This document shows positions 11,985 to 24,765 of a DNA stretch of 64,000 nucleotides, in pieces. Under the pieces are notes generated by a model. It was not told the origin of the DNA, searched no databases, and saw only the letters and a list, made by a program, of their open reading frames with translations. The stretch comes from Lytechinus pictus. Its lineage: Eukaryota. The translations under genes and the position numbers were made by a program. The number at the start of each line of letters is the position of its first letter. Within the stretch, counting starts at the first letter, position 1. The stretch covers positions 25,048,001 through 25,112,000 of the forward strand of contig NC_087248.1 of NCBI RefSeq assembly GCF_037042905.1. The letters run 5' to 3'.

Positions 11985-12640
11985 TTCGAATGGTTACATT
12001 GAATGAAAATAGAAAATCAAACGAGCTTTCTATTTCGTTTCCAAAACTGGATGTCAAATGATATTTTGCTTAAATTCATAAAGTAGTTATGTACACATTT
12101 TGATTATCATGCAGATGAGGAAACCGATGAAGTCACCCATTTACAATTGTATTTTGATATATTTCTCCTCATGTAAATCAAAGTTTGATTTGTCTCTAAT
12201 CAATGTAAATTGCCATTGTTGTAACGTCATTGTGTTTTGATGTAGAGTCTCTGGACTGTAAAAGTATTTTTTTTTAAACAAGTGTACATCTAGTTACCAA
12301 TAATGCATATAGCATTTCCATTTATTTGAAAGCAGGATAAAAGAGCATTGTAGATTAAATGCCTTGCTCACGGGCATAGGTGCCGCGGCCGGGGATCGAA
12401 CCCTGGACTTCCCATGTATAGTCAGGCGCCTTAGACCACTCGGCCACGGCACCTACAAAAATAAAATGAAAATATTGTTTAATTAAAACAAGAAAATACA
12501 AAATGGACAGCGAATTAGGAGCATCGACTACATTGTTTGCATATTGCTATGCACAATCTGTTTTGTGAAAAAATAAACAAATTTTTTAGTGCCATAACTT
12601 TCTAAATTTTGTATGAAACCATCAGTGCTCCTACTTTTTT
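11985..12640. mobile_element. Old degenerate relative of the TTAA MITE family at 47110/50393, interrupted by a SINE
   Basis: Patchy similarity (gatgaggaaaccgatgaagtcacccat, gcatcgac, ttttgtgaaaaaataa, gccataacttt) to the reverse complement of that family. Confidence 0.4.
12315..12453 (-). mobile_element. tRNA-derived SINE 5' part with well preserved Pol III boxes
   Basis: Minus strand GGTGCCGTGGCCGAGTGGTCTAAGG...GGTTCGATCCCCGGCCGCGGCACC followed by CCCGTGAGCAAGGCATTTAATC SINE core. Confidence 0.8.
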
Positions 12641-13217
12641 TTATTTGCCTAATTTCATTTTTTGTGCAATTATTGATCCTCTTTTCTTATTTACAAAATT
12701 AAGTGTTTGCACGAACATGTTGGTTTAAGTGAATTTAGCCTTCATGTTCGAAAGCATAATATGGGATGCAGGAAAAGTTACTAAGAATCAATCTTAGCAA
12801 TCTGATTTTTTTTTATCATGATTTAAATGACAAAAATACAATGGTAGTATTAAAAGAAAACGCTTCGTGGATGATCTGTACTTTTCTTAAAATTCATTTT
12901 GGATGCTTTTTCTTCTTTATCGTTTTACATATTTTATGTCTCTCTCTCTTCATTCTCTCCTCCATTGTGTAAATTATATTGTTCATTTTACATTACTTTG
13001 TGTATAAATAATTAATCTGTTGTCTTAATTACGTATTTGCACGACATGTACACAATTTCCATTTATTGACAATGTGTGAATAATTATACTTTCTTATACT
13101 CATGCTTATACATTCTCAGACGATGAGGATGGTGATAAATAGATATTATGTTTCCACTAGTATGATGTCTTGTCATCTCTTTGGTTAACTTTGTTATCAT
13201 TTTCTCATCTATTGTAG

Positions 13218-13594
13218 GATGAATGCAACACAAGCTCAAATGTGACTGATCTGACCGTTACTAATAGGACACTAAAAGGATGGCAGGATTGTGGATCGAT
13301 GTTTGACATTGTGAAGAGGTTCACCATAGAGGTATGGGGCAGGATCATATGTGACGTCTTCCAGAGGATCCATCTACCAGCAGCGACAGAGCTCACCGTT
13401 CAAGCATACGAGTATGATTGGGAACCGGCTTCTCTCCGCGATGATCCCACCTCACTACCCAATGCTCTCCTCAAGGTCTCATCTCAGCTTGTCAAGGTCA
13501 CATTCACAGATCTCAACATAGGTAACGACAAGACCGAACGCATCATTCAAGCTTTCAGATCAACACCCGATCTCAAACATCTGAGGATCCTAAG
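13218..13594 (+). CDS. Unique exon C (377 nt, phase 0-2): DECNTSSNVTDLTVT...PDLKHLRILR, degenerate LRR-like C-terminal region
   Basis: Acceptor tctcatctattgtag|GAT, open frame matching ORF 13242..13619, higher GC than flanks, donor CTAAG|gtatga. Confidence 0.8.
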
Positions 13595-14344
13595 GTATGA
13601 TACATTTAGTACATTTTAATATTTTGTTGGTTCATGACGAGCATTTATCGGTTGATAAGTCCACACTTTTTTTTTCAAGGTGTGGTTCTTTATTATGGAG
13701 AATAGGTGTTTTGCTTATATTATAATAAGTACATGTTTTGGGACTCCGTGGACAATGTTAAACATGTACTTTTGAATATAATACATCATGCATATACAGT
13801 TCATGTATAACGTAAAATAAATGCTCATCATAGAGAAAACACAAAAATGCGCTATTGGTATGCCATTCTGCTCTTTACCATATAGAGATAAAAGCTATGA
13901 TACTTTAAAATTAAATCCCCTCTTTGGCATGTCTGTCTAAAATGTGCAACCCCACGTATTGACATGATTATTATAATTTGACATGGTTCGCACCCTACTG
14001 AATATTTCCATAAATTTATTACCTGAATGATTTGTTGTCTTACATTTCACTTTGTCTTTATGGGCATGCATGGGGTAATGCGCTTCAGGTTAAGACGACA
14101 ATACCTTGCTCTAACATTTTATTTCAGTTTGATTTGATTTCATTTGTTGTAAATCTAGTTTCCTTGTAGTTACAATCTAATCTCTTATACCTTAACACTG
14201 CAACAAATGATTAAACTAAACAGTTTTGTCTCCGCCTTTGCCGGTGTTTTTACTTTGCGTTCCCCAGAGCAGACCCACCAAACACCAGCCTTCCCCCATA
14301 TAAGATAAACAGAATACTTCTTCTCTCCACGTTAACACTATTAG

Positions 14345-14446
14345 ATTCATACGATGTGGGACTGATGAGAGATTAGATCGTTCTAGTATTGATTCCGATG
14401 ATGAACATAGGATAACGGTGGAGATAGATCATGGCAAACCAGTTGG
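14345..14446 (+). CDS. Exon D (102 nt, phase 2-2): (R)FIRCGTDERLDRSSIDSDDEHRITVEIDHGKPVG
   Basis: Pyrimidine tract and ctattag|A acceptor, phase matches exon C, strong donor GG|gtaagt (read-through would give GGG TAA). Confidence 0.7.
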
Positions 14447-15325
14447 GTAAGTCATAAGACCTCGTTTTATCAAACATTCCCCCTTTTCAACATATGTAAT
14501 TCAAGTTTCTTATACAAAGGAATTAGCTAGGTTTTTTTTTCTGATGTACGAATTTTCTGTCTGATATAAGGCGAGCATCATTGCTTACTTTTCAGATATA
14601 CAACCATATAGTATGCAAAATAAATCTTATCCTTGCATTGTGCTCTTCCATCTAATCTCCTTATAATATATATTAAATATTCTGATAGAAAGTATGCCCT
14701 CGAATATTTAGAATGAAGCAATATGTGTGTTTTGGGTCGCCTAGTCTTAAGCAGGGAAATCACATTGTAAATCTGCACGAGCTGACTAAAGTTTAGAGTG
14801 TTTAAAAGAGTTGAAATTAAGATGACCTCCAATACTTTTTTTTTTTTAGACAGGAATAAAAACATGAACTGAAAATCAATGGCCAAACAAATACCTGAAA
14901 TCAGCTAAAGAAACCAAATTATTTCACCCCTGGCATGGCTACTGCATGCTGTTTTCTTACATTATCATGGTTATTTAGACATAGTTGAAATTTTCATGAA
15001 CCTAAATGACTATTCAACAAAGAACTTGACCACATGAGCATAATGATAAAGAGACCATCTGATGATGCAAAGAATACATCGTTAGCTTACATTGCGGTAA
15101 CCGAAAATCGAACATGATTTTGTACGTCATTGATGAAATATATTTATCCGATCACGTTGTGAACTTATTATTGAGTGTCTTCTCAGCATGGTACACGCTG
15201 ATTTACTACACTCACTATGCACACGCTAAATCGACAAATAACCTGTCCTAATAAATAATCCCCACTCTTCTGACTTGTCCTCCCTTTTTTTCTTATTTAC
15301 TTATTATGTTCTTATTCTGTCTTGT

Positions 15326-18300
15326 CCTGCATCTTGTTATGTCTTGACTTATATGTCTTGTCATTCCCTCTCTCTTCTTTTTCTCCTCTCTTATGCGCAA
15401 TACATCCTTCATAGCTGATACCTCTTTGTGTGACTAGCTTTGCATTTGGTCAGTAATCTAAAATATGTTTACATTAATCTGATCTCCATCTGTTTGTTCC
15501 TTCTCCTTTTTTCTTTCCTTTGTAATATGTACGCATATATAAAAAAGTCGACAATATTTTTTTCATGTCCAAGGAGGATACACGCTTTACAAGCTTTGCT
15601 TTTAGCGGACCCCCCCCCCCCCCCGCCTCATTTCAATTTTATCTGAATATGAGAACAGCCCAAGTCTAATTTTTGGCGAAATTGAGTTAAATATGGAAGA
15701 TCGTTCCTTATACAATGACTCATCTTGTGTATAAATGATAAATCAAAAATCATTTCAGAAATGTCTTAAATAAAGAAGGAAAATCTGGAATGAGTGTAAG
15801 AAAAGCCCAAGTCCAGGACATGGGCTTTTCTTACATTCATATCATAGCGACCTATCTGATTCATTTACTACTTACTACAGAATTCTACCACGTATATGAA
15901 TGTAAGAATGTCCCAAGTCCATATGATTCGTAAAGCGACCCAAGTTCACCAGACAAAAGAACCTACCCACAAATAACGTGAACATTAATGTTCCTCAAAA
16001 AATATACACCTAATTTGTCATATGATACTTAAATTTGTTTTATGATGTTCTGTAATTTCGTCAAATATAGACCTACATTAATTGCCCAAAATAATATATC
16101 CAGTATTTTTTTTCCGATTTTCTCGAAATGACGTCCTAAGGACTTGGGACTGTTTCATATGCATATGCCCAATTGAATCGAATTTAATATAAAGGCCACT
16201 GTGTCGGGTTGCGAAATTCCCGGGAATTTTCGCGGTGAAAACTTTTTATGGGAATAAACGGGAAATCATTGGGAATTTTGGGAATTCTCGGCAATTTACT
16301 GGAATTTTAAAGAGTGTTGGGAATTTTCAAAAAATAGATATTTTCTGATATTTATATACAGGAATTGAAAGGGTTATCCTGGCAGATGAAGCTTGATTGT
16401 GCTTTGTCAGCAAGTTTAAAGCCAAATATTATGCTAAGACAGTCAGACAATGCGGAATTTCAATGAATTTCAATTAACAGTTGATTACTGTATTAGTGGC
16501 TGAATGCTACGTGCGATGGCAGTACATTTACACTGCAAATGCTTTACACAAGGAATATATATACACTGTTCATGCAATGATGCCTATTTGATATTCTAAT
16601 CTTTTTGCAGATGAGTATAATCATTATTAATGATAATTATAGCATTATTGTTAGTAGCATTTTTAATATTCTATCATCATTTTTTTTATTTATCATTTAT
16701 TTCTGCATAGCAGAAGTCAGAACTTTGTGCTGTTTGTGGCGTTAATTTGATGAGTATAAATACAGATTGCTGGTTCAAGCTTCAAGTTTATTTCAGTTCA
16801 ATTAACCCTCTTAGAACAAAACATTTTGTTCGTTATTTTGAAAATACTGTAGATCAAGTATAATGAAACTGATATGAGATTGTCATTAAATATCATAAAA
16901 TATGTGAAATTAATAACAAGTTTCTCAATCTCAATCAATGAAGGTCAAAGGTCATTTGAGGTCAACAAACTTAGTGCATGTTGTTTCCTCCCTTTGTGAA
17001 AAAGTATTCATCTTGATTGCTTTCAAAGTCAGCCATTATTGTTATTTCTTGCCCCCCCCCAAAAAAATTTTTTTCGGGGGTGGAGGGGAGCATTTTAGAA
17101 ATAAATTAGCAATGTAACATTTTTGTTCCTGGACCTGCATCTTGTTATGTCTTGTCTTCTATGTTTTGTCATTCCCTCCCTCTTCTTTTTTTCTGTTTCA
17201 TGCGCAATATAACCTTCATAGCGGAAGACATCTTTGTGTGACTAGCTTTGCATTTGGTCAGTAATTTAAAATATGTGTACATTAATCTGAACTCCAACTT
17301 TTTGTTCCTTCTCTTTTTTAATTTTCTTTGTAATATGTACGGATATATAAATAGGTCGATAATATTTTTTCATGTCCAAGGAGGATTCACGCTTTACAAG
17401 CTTTGCTTTTAGCGGACCTCCCCCCCCCCCCCCGCCCTCATTTCCATTTTATCTGAATATGTGAACAGCCCAAGTCAAATTTTTGGCGAAATTCCAATCT
17501 GATTCCTTATACTACTTACTACAGAATTCTACCACGTATATGAATGTAAGAATGTTCCAAGTCCATATGATTCCTAAAGAGACCCAAGTTCACCAGACAA
17601 AAGAACCCACCCACACATATTGTGAACAATAAAGTTCCTCAAAAAATATACACTTAATTTTTCATATGATAATTAAATTTGTTTGATGATATTCTGTAAT
17701 TTCGTCAAATATATACCTACATTAATTGCCCCCCCCCCCAAAACAAAAAACAAAAAATATATATCCAGTATTTTTTCCCGATTTTCTCGAAATGACGTCC
17801 CAAGGACTTGGGCCTGTTCCATATTCATATGCCCTATTGAATCGAATTTAATATAAAGGTCACTGTGTCGGGTTGCAAAATTCCCGGGAATTTTCGCGGT
17901 GGAAAACTTTCCATGGAAATAAACGGGAAATTATTGGGAATTTTGGGAATTCTCGGCAATTTACTGGAATTTTAAAGAAATGTCGGGAATTAAAAAAATA
18001 TACATTTTCTGATATCTATATACAGGAATTGAAAGGATTACCCTGGTAGATGAAGCTCGATTGTGCTTTGTCAGCAAGTTTAAAGCCAAATATTATGCTA
18101 AGACAGTCAGACAAGGCGGAATTTCAATGAATTTCAATTAACAGTTGATTACTGTATTAGTGGCTGAATGCTACGTGCGATGGCAGTACATTTACACTGC
18201 AAATGCTTTACACAAGGAATATATATACACTGTTCATGCAATGGTGCCTATTGGATATTATAATCTTTTTGCAGATGAGGATAAGCATTATTAATGATAA

Positions 18301-18792
18301 TTATAACATTATTGTTAGTAGCATTATTAATATTTTATTACCATTTTTTATTTATCATTTATTTCTGCATAGCAGAAGTAAAAACTTTGTGCTGTTTGTG
18401 GCGTTAATTTGATGAGTATAAATACAGATTTGCTGGTTCAAGCTTCAAGTTTATTTCAGTTCAATTAACCCTCTTAGAACAAAACATTTTGTTCGTTATT
18501 TTGAAAATACTGTAGATCAAATATAATGAAACTGATATGAGATTGTCATTTAATATCATAAAAGATATGAAATTAATAACAAGTTTTTTAAATCTCAATC
18601 AAGGTCAAAGGTAATTTGAGGTCAACAAACTTAGTACATGTTTTTTCTCCCTTTGTGAAAAAGTATTCATCTTGATTGCTTTCAAAGTCAGCCATTATTG
18701 TTATTTCTTGCCCCCCCCCCCAATTTTTTTCGGGGGTGGAGGGGGCATTTTAGAAATAAATTAGCAATGTAACAGTTTTGTTCCTGGACCTG
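15326..18792 (+). repeat. Head-to-tail tandem duplication: 15326-17133 and 17134-18792
   Basis: Near-identical collinear units joined at a shared CCTG; the second unit lacks ~170 bp. Confidence 0.9.
15644..16170. mobile_element. MITE-like inverted-repeat element, left end truncated (second copy 17454-17834)
   Basis: TGAATATGAGAACAGCCCAAGTC versus GACTTGGGACTGTTTCATATGCATATGCCC; internal inverted/direct repeats of TGTAAGAAnnnCCCAAGTCC. Confidence 0.5.
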
Positions 18793-19184
18793 ATTTTTCT
18801 CATTTGAAGACTCAAGCCAGTGCCATTGCCGCTGGTGGGATTAGTATGCTGTGCATACCTAGTCTGCAGGCACAGACCATGAATGGAACTGTGATCAACA
18901 AGTGGGTCTCCACACAAAGACTAGCACATAAAAACTTGCCTGAGCGAGAGGGCCTTCAGTACACAAGGCATGAGTAGACTGCACATTCAGATCCTTAAGT
19001 CGAGTGAAGGCTTTGCACAGTAGACAAGTGCAAACCCTTCATCGAGGAAAGTGGTCTGAATATGCAGCCTACAGTTTCTACCAATGACTCCAGAAGATCA
19101 TTTTGTGAAAAAATGAAAATTCCCGAAACTTTCCATGGAAATTACCCAATATCTCCAGAAAGTTTTCGGCCCTTTGCAATCCTA
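17868..19184. mobile_element. hAT-type non-autonomous DNA transposon; extra left end at 16204 created by the tandem duplication
   Basis: TIRs TCGGGTTGCAAA / TTTGCAATCCTA, 8-bp TSD TCACTGTG / TCACTGTC, subterminal GGGAAT(T) repeats. Confidence 0.75.
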
Positions 19185-19444
19185 TCACTGTCTAATACCC
19201 CCCCCCCCCCTCCTTGAGCAAACGCGCCCTCTCCCTTTCTATTTGTTCCTTTCCCTCTCCGCTCACTTTCTATCCAGACTCTATTTATTAAATGCGAATC
19301 TCTCTTTGTATTACTCGTTAACTTCTCTTTCTCTATTTTCTCATTTTCTTATTTCATTATTAGTCTTTTTTTTTATTCCCAATACACAACAACCTTATTA
19401 ATATGTGTATATATCTCTCTCTTCTCTCACACACCACTATACAG

Positions 19445-19463
19445 TGAGTACTTTCGAGGATGA
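19445..19463 (+). CDS. Probable terminal coding exon E: (G)EYFRG-stop, followed by 3' UTR
   Basis: Strong pyrimidine tract tctctctcttctctcacacaccactatacag|T, phase 2 compatible with exon D, TGA at 19461-19463. Confidence 0.5.
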
Positions 19464-22173
19464 AGTTGCGGCATCGAGGTCATGACGAATCAGACGACCT
19501 TAATATTCAAGTATGATGGCAGCCAAGAAGACGCCATGAGTTATTTTATTTCGGAGTACCATAATTGGAACAGATTTACTGATAATGAAGATCCCACACC
19601 TCAACCATTTGTTAATGTGTCGATTAAATTATGGACCTATTAGACATTCAACGCTATCATTTCTTTGATCGAACGAGATCCGCCGCCCAATGATAATGTG
19701 CATCTTATTGAGAACATACAGGTATTTTGACAATATCGACTACCAAGGCGTATCTCATTATTTTCAAAGCACAAATTTACTGGTTTTAGTTATGTTGGCT
19801 GATGCCCTGTGTTAGAGAATGATTTTCAATTAATATGATTTAGATTTGAAGCAGCAAAATTAGGAAGCAGTCGATTTTGTGAATAAATTATATTATCATC
19901 TTTATCTGCACACTTCCTTACGAACATAATGACCTCAGTAAAATTGAGAGATAAACGCTCTCTATATGAGCCATGCATAATTTTCTTGAATATTAGGAGA
20001 ATAATTTGGAAAAAGGGATTATAAATATAAAGCAATTAATCACAATGTTGCATATATCTTCAAAATTGCATAGGGTAAACCAGAACTGTATATTTATTTT
20101 CTAGGATTTAAGTGATTTTCATCCTATGCGCATGCAGTTTGGGCAATATCGATGTCTTATCACAAACTGCTTCTTTCACCTCAAGGCCGAATCGAAGGCG
20201 GAACATGGTAGGATGAAAGTAGAAAACATATAAACCGAATGAAATGCAGCAACATTGGCCACGGAATGATTTTGTTAGGCGGTTGAAGCCCCGCCCCTCC
20301 CCCACCGGCCCCGCTTACGCGGACCCTGCATAATACTCATGAGGGGGGGGGGGTGTGCGCATTCTGGTCGTTATGCGAATGAAGAATTAATACAGTAACC
20401 GACTCATTATTCCTGTTGTGTTTCATTATCAAGTATTCCTATATGTTATGTGCCATTGTTGCAATCTATGGTGATTCAGTGACAATTGATTTCCTTATGT
20501 AAAAAAAAATCCATATATTGGATAATAGAATTATACGGATTTATAACTGTATTGTTAAAATAAGCGATACTCTTTAAAAAGTGTATAACTTATTAAACTT
20601 TTATAGATTACTGAAGCGATGACCTCGGTTGCCATGGTGCCATGGCGGCCTGGTTCTATACAAATGAACACAGAAGTATTGCGAACTGTTCTATCACAAA
20701 GCGCGTGTTTCTCAGGAGAAAAAGGTTGCTATCGGAATTTCATCGCTTGCAACCTTACAATTAAGATAACAATCAGGGACAAAAACATCACCATTTTTGC
20801 AAATTCGAAGGTGTATAAACGATTGTCAGCTGCGACTCTGTTTAGAACCAACCGGTTCATTGCCATGACACCGTGACGTCACAATTCGGTACTGAAAACG
20901 TCGGTCCATTATTTTACATCCGATTTTGAAGAAATTTCGCTTGTTACCCTTGTTTTGCGTCCCCTATTTCATTTAAATTTATCTTCTTGGTGGTGGACGG
21001 GTCCTTAAATTATTTTGTGACCAACCGATTCAAAAGAGTCGAAGATAAAAAGATACCCAATCATAACCGCTGCAGCTGTAAGACCGTCCTATACCATGGA
21101 GGGTTGTATTTGATCGAATGTTGTCATAGTTCTATTAGATATTTCATTCCTACCGAGCAGTTACAACCTTAAAAAAAACAATGGACGTTCATACATAATT
21201 AATTTCTAATGCGTGATACGATACATATTACTCTATTTTTTTGTTTAAAGAGTAACTTTTCATTGAACTTTTACATTGTTATTATCTTGTTTAGAAACAA
21301 TCAAACATTCTAATGTGTGATATAAAGATGAATCGTCTGTAAAAAGGGTAACTACATGATTTGTACCAAACGTAATATAAGCAGAGAAATGCAAACTTCC
21401 TAATATGTTTGTTAAAAAACAAATTATAATTTTATATTGCTCATTACATCATTGGTTCGATGTCTTGTTTTGTAGCATTTTATATACTGTAGAGATTGAT
21501 GGGATGACCAAACAAAAACAAAATCCGATGAGTTTCTATCATCTCATAATTTCATTCAATTTTTCATAGCACTCTTTCCAATTTCCCGCGATTGCATATA
21601 ATGTTTTGTTTGTTCATCTTGACATAATAAGCAAATACAACATAAACAATATTTAAGTACAATCATACAAACTGGTTATGAATGGAGGATGCTGTCAAAA
21701 AAGCTTGTAGAGAGATTGTAGAGTGCATCTTCCTTTTAAAATATTCGTGTAAATATTATAAATAATAAAACAAAATCAGAAAAAGGAAACAAAAAACAAT
21801 CAATTGCCTACAAATCGCACAAAATTAAAGAGAAATGACACAAAATAGATCAGGATAACAATTTTGTCAAGAGAGGGCAGTAAAATGAATGCGAAGTACG
21901 TGACAAACATGCATGGTAAACCTTAAACTGGCGTGCAGGAAAAGATGGGTAATCAGTCATAAATAGTTCGCTAACGTTGAAGTAAAAAACGGATGATGTT
22001 CAACAATCTCAACGAATTCACAATAATACTGGTTACTGCATTTGTATCAAATTACACACATCGGATGTAAATAGTAAAAAAGGTGGTGTCTGTATATTGT
22101 AAATACTATATTACATTAACGTCATTTTATGTTTTGTTCATTTCATTTTCTGAATTGTTTTGCCTCACTGTAG

Positions 22174-22507
22174 TTATTTACTATGCCCCGCCTAACGAAG
22201 TTTGAAATGAATTGAAAAGTGGCTCACACACTGGTCTCGAGGTATATATATTTTGTATATGTCACAAATTGTGTTGTCATGGTAACAACATATATGTATC
22301 ATATTTTAACAATTATACCATAGACTTTATACAAACACTTTGCAGTTTGTAGTGCTTCATCATTTTATAACCAACTCTCATGATGTTTATTATACATTGG
22401 TCTTGGTGTAAACATTTTCGAGACATATATTTTTATGTGTTTGAAATTGTTGTCATGGTGACGACATACAGCTGGGACATGCATCCCCTTTAGTGATAGT
22501 TCTAGTT
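22174..22507 (+). mobile_element. Helentron-associated (HINE/pearl-like) non-autonomous element, degenerate
   Basis: 5' T-rich end plus ATGCCCCGC; 3' GCTGGGACAT, short hairpin and TCTAGTT end; two internal ~170-bp repeats (gtcatggtaac / gtcatggtgac). Confidence 0.5.
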
Positions 22508-24088
22508 TGTTCTTATGTTTGAAGTCTACAGTGGCGCGTGACACTCTCGTATATACATTTGTATGTTTATAACCGTACAGTGTAATTTCATTAAATTTGT
22601 ATATAGTTTCTCATAAAGTTTTCTAAGATTTCTTCTGCTCCGGGTATGATCATCAGCATGTAAAATAATATTTCAATTGAAGGTCATGTACTTGAGGGAT
22701 AATACAAGACTGTTTTAACGTTGTACATTTTACTATTCCGAGGCCCAGTTCCGATGTTCAGTTTAGTTTAATACTCGAGTTCTAGCCAACAGAAACAAAA
22801 CCAAATGCTTATTGATGCAACATGCAACATGCTGCATAGAAATCAAATCAATACATTTGTATTCTAAATATGTTTTTAAAGAAAAAAAAAACCCATCACA
22901 GTAATAAAGTTGGGCGTGGTCGCATCTTTACTAACTGTATTTTCTAACAAGTATACAATGTCATGAAGAATGTTGCTGCAAGATTGGTGTGTTTATGATG
23001 TGTGTTACATACTGGTTACTAAGTGCTTATTGTCCCTAACAAACATCGTGAGTGTTGTTGATAAATAATTGATGAGTGTAAATGACGCCTGGATTTAGCC
23101 CTGGAATTGGATTCGATCCTACGACCCTCTAATTGACAATGAAGAATCAGAACCACTAATAGTCTCTGTTATCATCCAGGTTTATGTTGACTCGTTGAAA
23201 TATTTCGATTTTGTATACTCTATATTGCTTAATATCTTGTGATTCTTTTTAATTTGTAAGTTATGTTTATATTGCTAAGTGAAAATAACGCCTGAGGTAA
23301 GATTCGATCCGATGATTTAAAAGGAATAATCAAAACCACTACTATTATCTGTTATCATCCAGGTTTATTTTGCCTCGCTGAAATCGTTTATACTCCATAT
23401 TGTTTGATGTTTTGTGATTCTTTTAATTTGCAATTCATATTAATTTAAACATGTAGGCCTATTACTAGACATGATGCTTTGGTAAGATCAAGTTCTATAT
23501 AGATTTTGGATATTTTTTAAAAATCTATTCAAGGGCAGAATCATGAATGATTCATTCTGTGGAGGCATATTGTAATAATTAATATCTAAATACATTTATT
23601 AATCATGATCGTTCTATGTGTAATATCACTGTGCTACAGACGGTTTATTGCCTTAATTATCCATTTAACTATTATTTTCTGCCCGTCAATCAAAATCTGT
23701 TTTTCTACTACATGTCATAAATAAACTGATTACCGATGTGTTACATATTCATTGTATATTCTTCATCTACCTAATAAAGAATAAAAGACACAAATAAATA
23801 TTCAACATTTTTTTATATTGAGTTTGTAAAGATATTCTATGTAATGGGATCTCGTCTCGAATACACATATATCATAAATGAAGAAAAAAAAACACGTTAC
23901 ATTTCTGGAAAACCTACAGCGCCATGAAATAAAGGTTGCGTTATTTACGTCATAGCGCCACCTTATCTCGCTTTGGCTTGTTAAAGTTTCTAACTGCTTG
24001 TTTTCGATGCAATTCGGTAATGCCGCCTACCTGTTGCGACATTTGTGGTTTTACACCTGAGCCATTGGAAACATAAAGTCAAAAAGGG

Positions 24089-24127
24089 GCCTAAGCTTTC
24101 GATCCTAGCAGAATCTTCGTCGGAGGC
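24089..24127 (-). ncRNA. Minimal type-I hammerhead ribozyme-like motif (Penelope-like element type), core variant U4C
   Basis: Minus strand GCCU-CCGACGA-A-GAUUCU(GCU)AGGAUC-GAAA-GC-UU-AGGC: stem I, core, stem II, GAAA and palindromic AAGCUU stem III. Confidence 0.55.
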
Positions 24128-24732
24128 AAAATGACAAACATATAAAGTGGAACAACCATAATATAGACCACAAACAAGCTACAGCAACACTAGAAACAAG
24201 GAGACAAAAGGGGCATTAGTGAGTAGAGAAGACCAATCAGGTTAGTGAAGGGGATGAAAGAAAAGGAGTAGGCAGACACAAAGGGAAGTTAGTGTAAGTA
24301 AGGACAGTAAAAGACCTCAAGCCAAGAGGGATTAAAATAATGAGGCAGGCAACATCAAACAGGATCTGGAACAAAACAGTGATAATGGGATGAAAAACAA
24401 GAGAATTAGTGAGAGGTGGGTCAAACAGGTTACAAAGAAAGGCTTAATAAACTGGTGCATAAGAGTGGGGGGAAAAAAAGGAAGAAAAAGAATGGGGAAC
24501 AACTGATAATGTGCAAAAGACATATAAGTATATATGATAAAGCATTAAACAAACTAAGAGAAGAAGGTAAGTGTAAATATGTATCTATAAGTGATATGTA
24601 TATAAATATATCCAAAAAAGAAATGTATATGAAAAAATATATAAATATATACACATATGGTGTAACTGATATGGTAATCCGCTAGGTGTGACGGGAAAAA
24701 ACATAAGACTATATAGTAGGAAAGAAAGAAAG

Positions 24733-24765
<33 letters not shown>

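Larger units (their letters stand above)
2181..19463 (+). other. 3' portion of a multi-exon LRR-like repeat gene, probably an NLR (NACHT-LRR) family immune receptor; 5' part lies upstream of the window
   Basis: Six GT-AG exons join in frame (phases 0-0, 0-0, 0-0, 0-2, 2-2, 2-stop) with no internal stop. The repeated exons carry IExLxxxxxL...LxxLxL patterns at ~26-29 aa spacing. The NLR call rests on resemblance to expanded echinoderm NLR C-termini; NACHT is not seen here. Confidence 0.6.

Noticed and set aside
12379-12453. Functional tRNA gene (also the heads at ~1550-1615, ~29235-29308 and ~37433-37505)
   Set aside because: Anticodon stems pair poorly, arm spacing is non-canonical, and each runs into a SINE core.
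13120-13131. Possible 12-nt phase-0 microexon (cag|ACGATGAGGATG|gtgata) before exon C
   Set aside because: The donor is weak and the exon is not needed to keep frame; it cannot be supported without RNA data.
23085-23430. Two ~200-bp tandem units with tRNA B-box-like remnants
   Set aside because: Too degenerate to classify; probably a duplicated fragment of an old SINE head.
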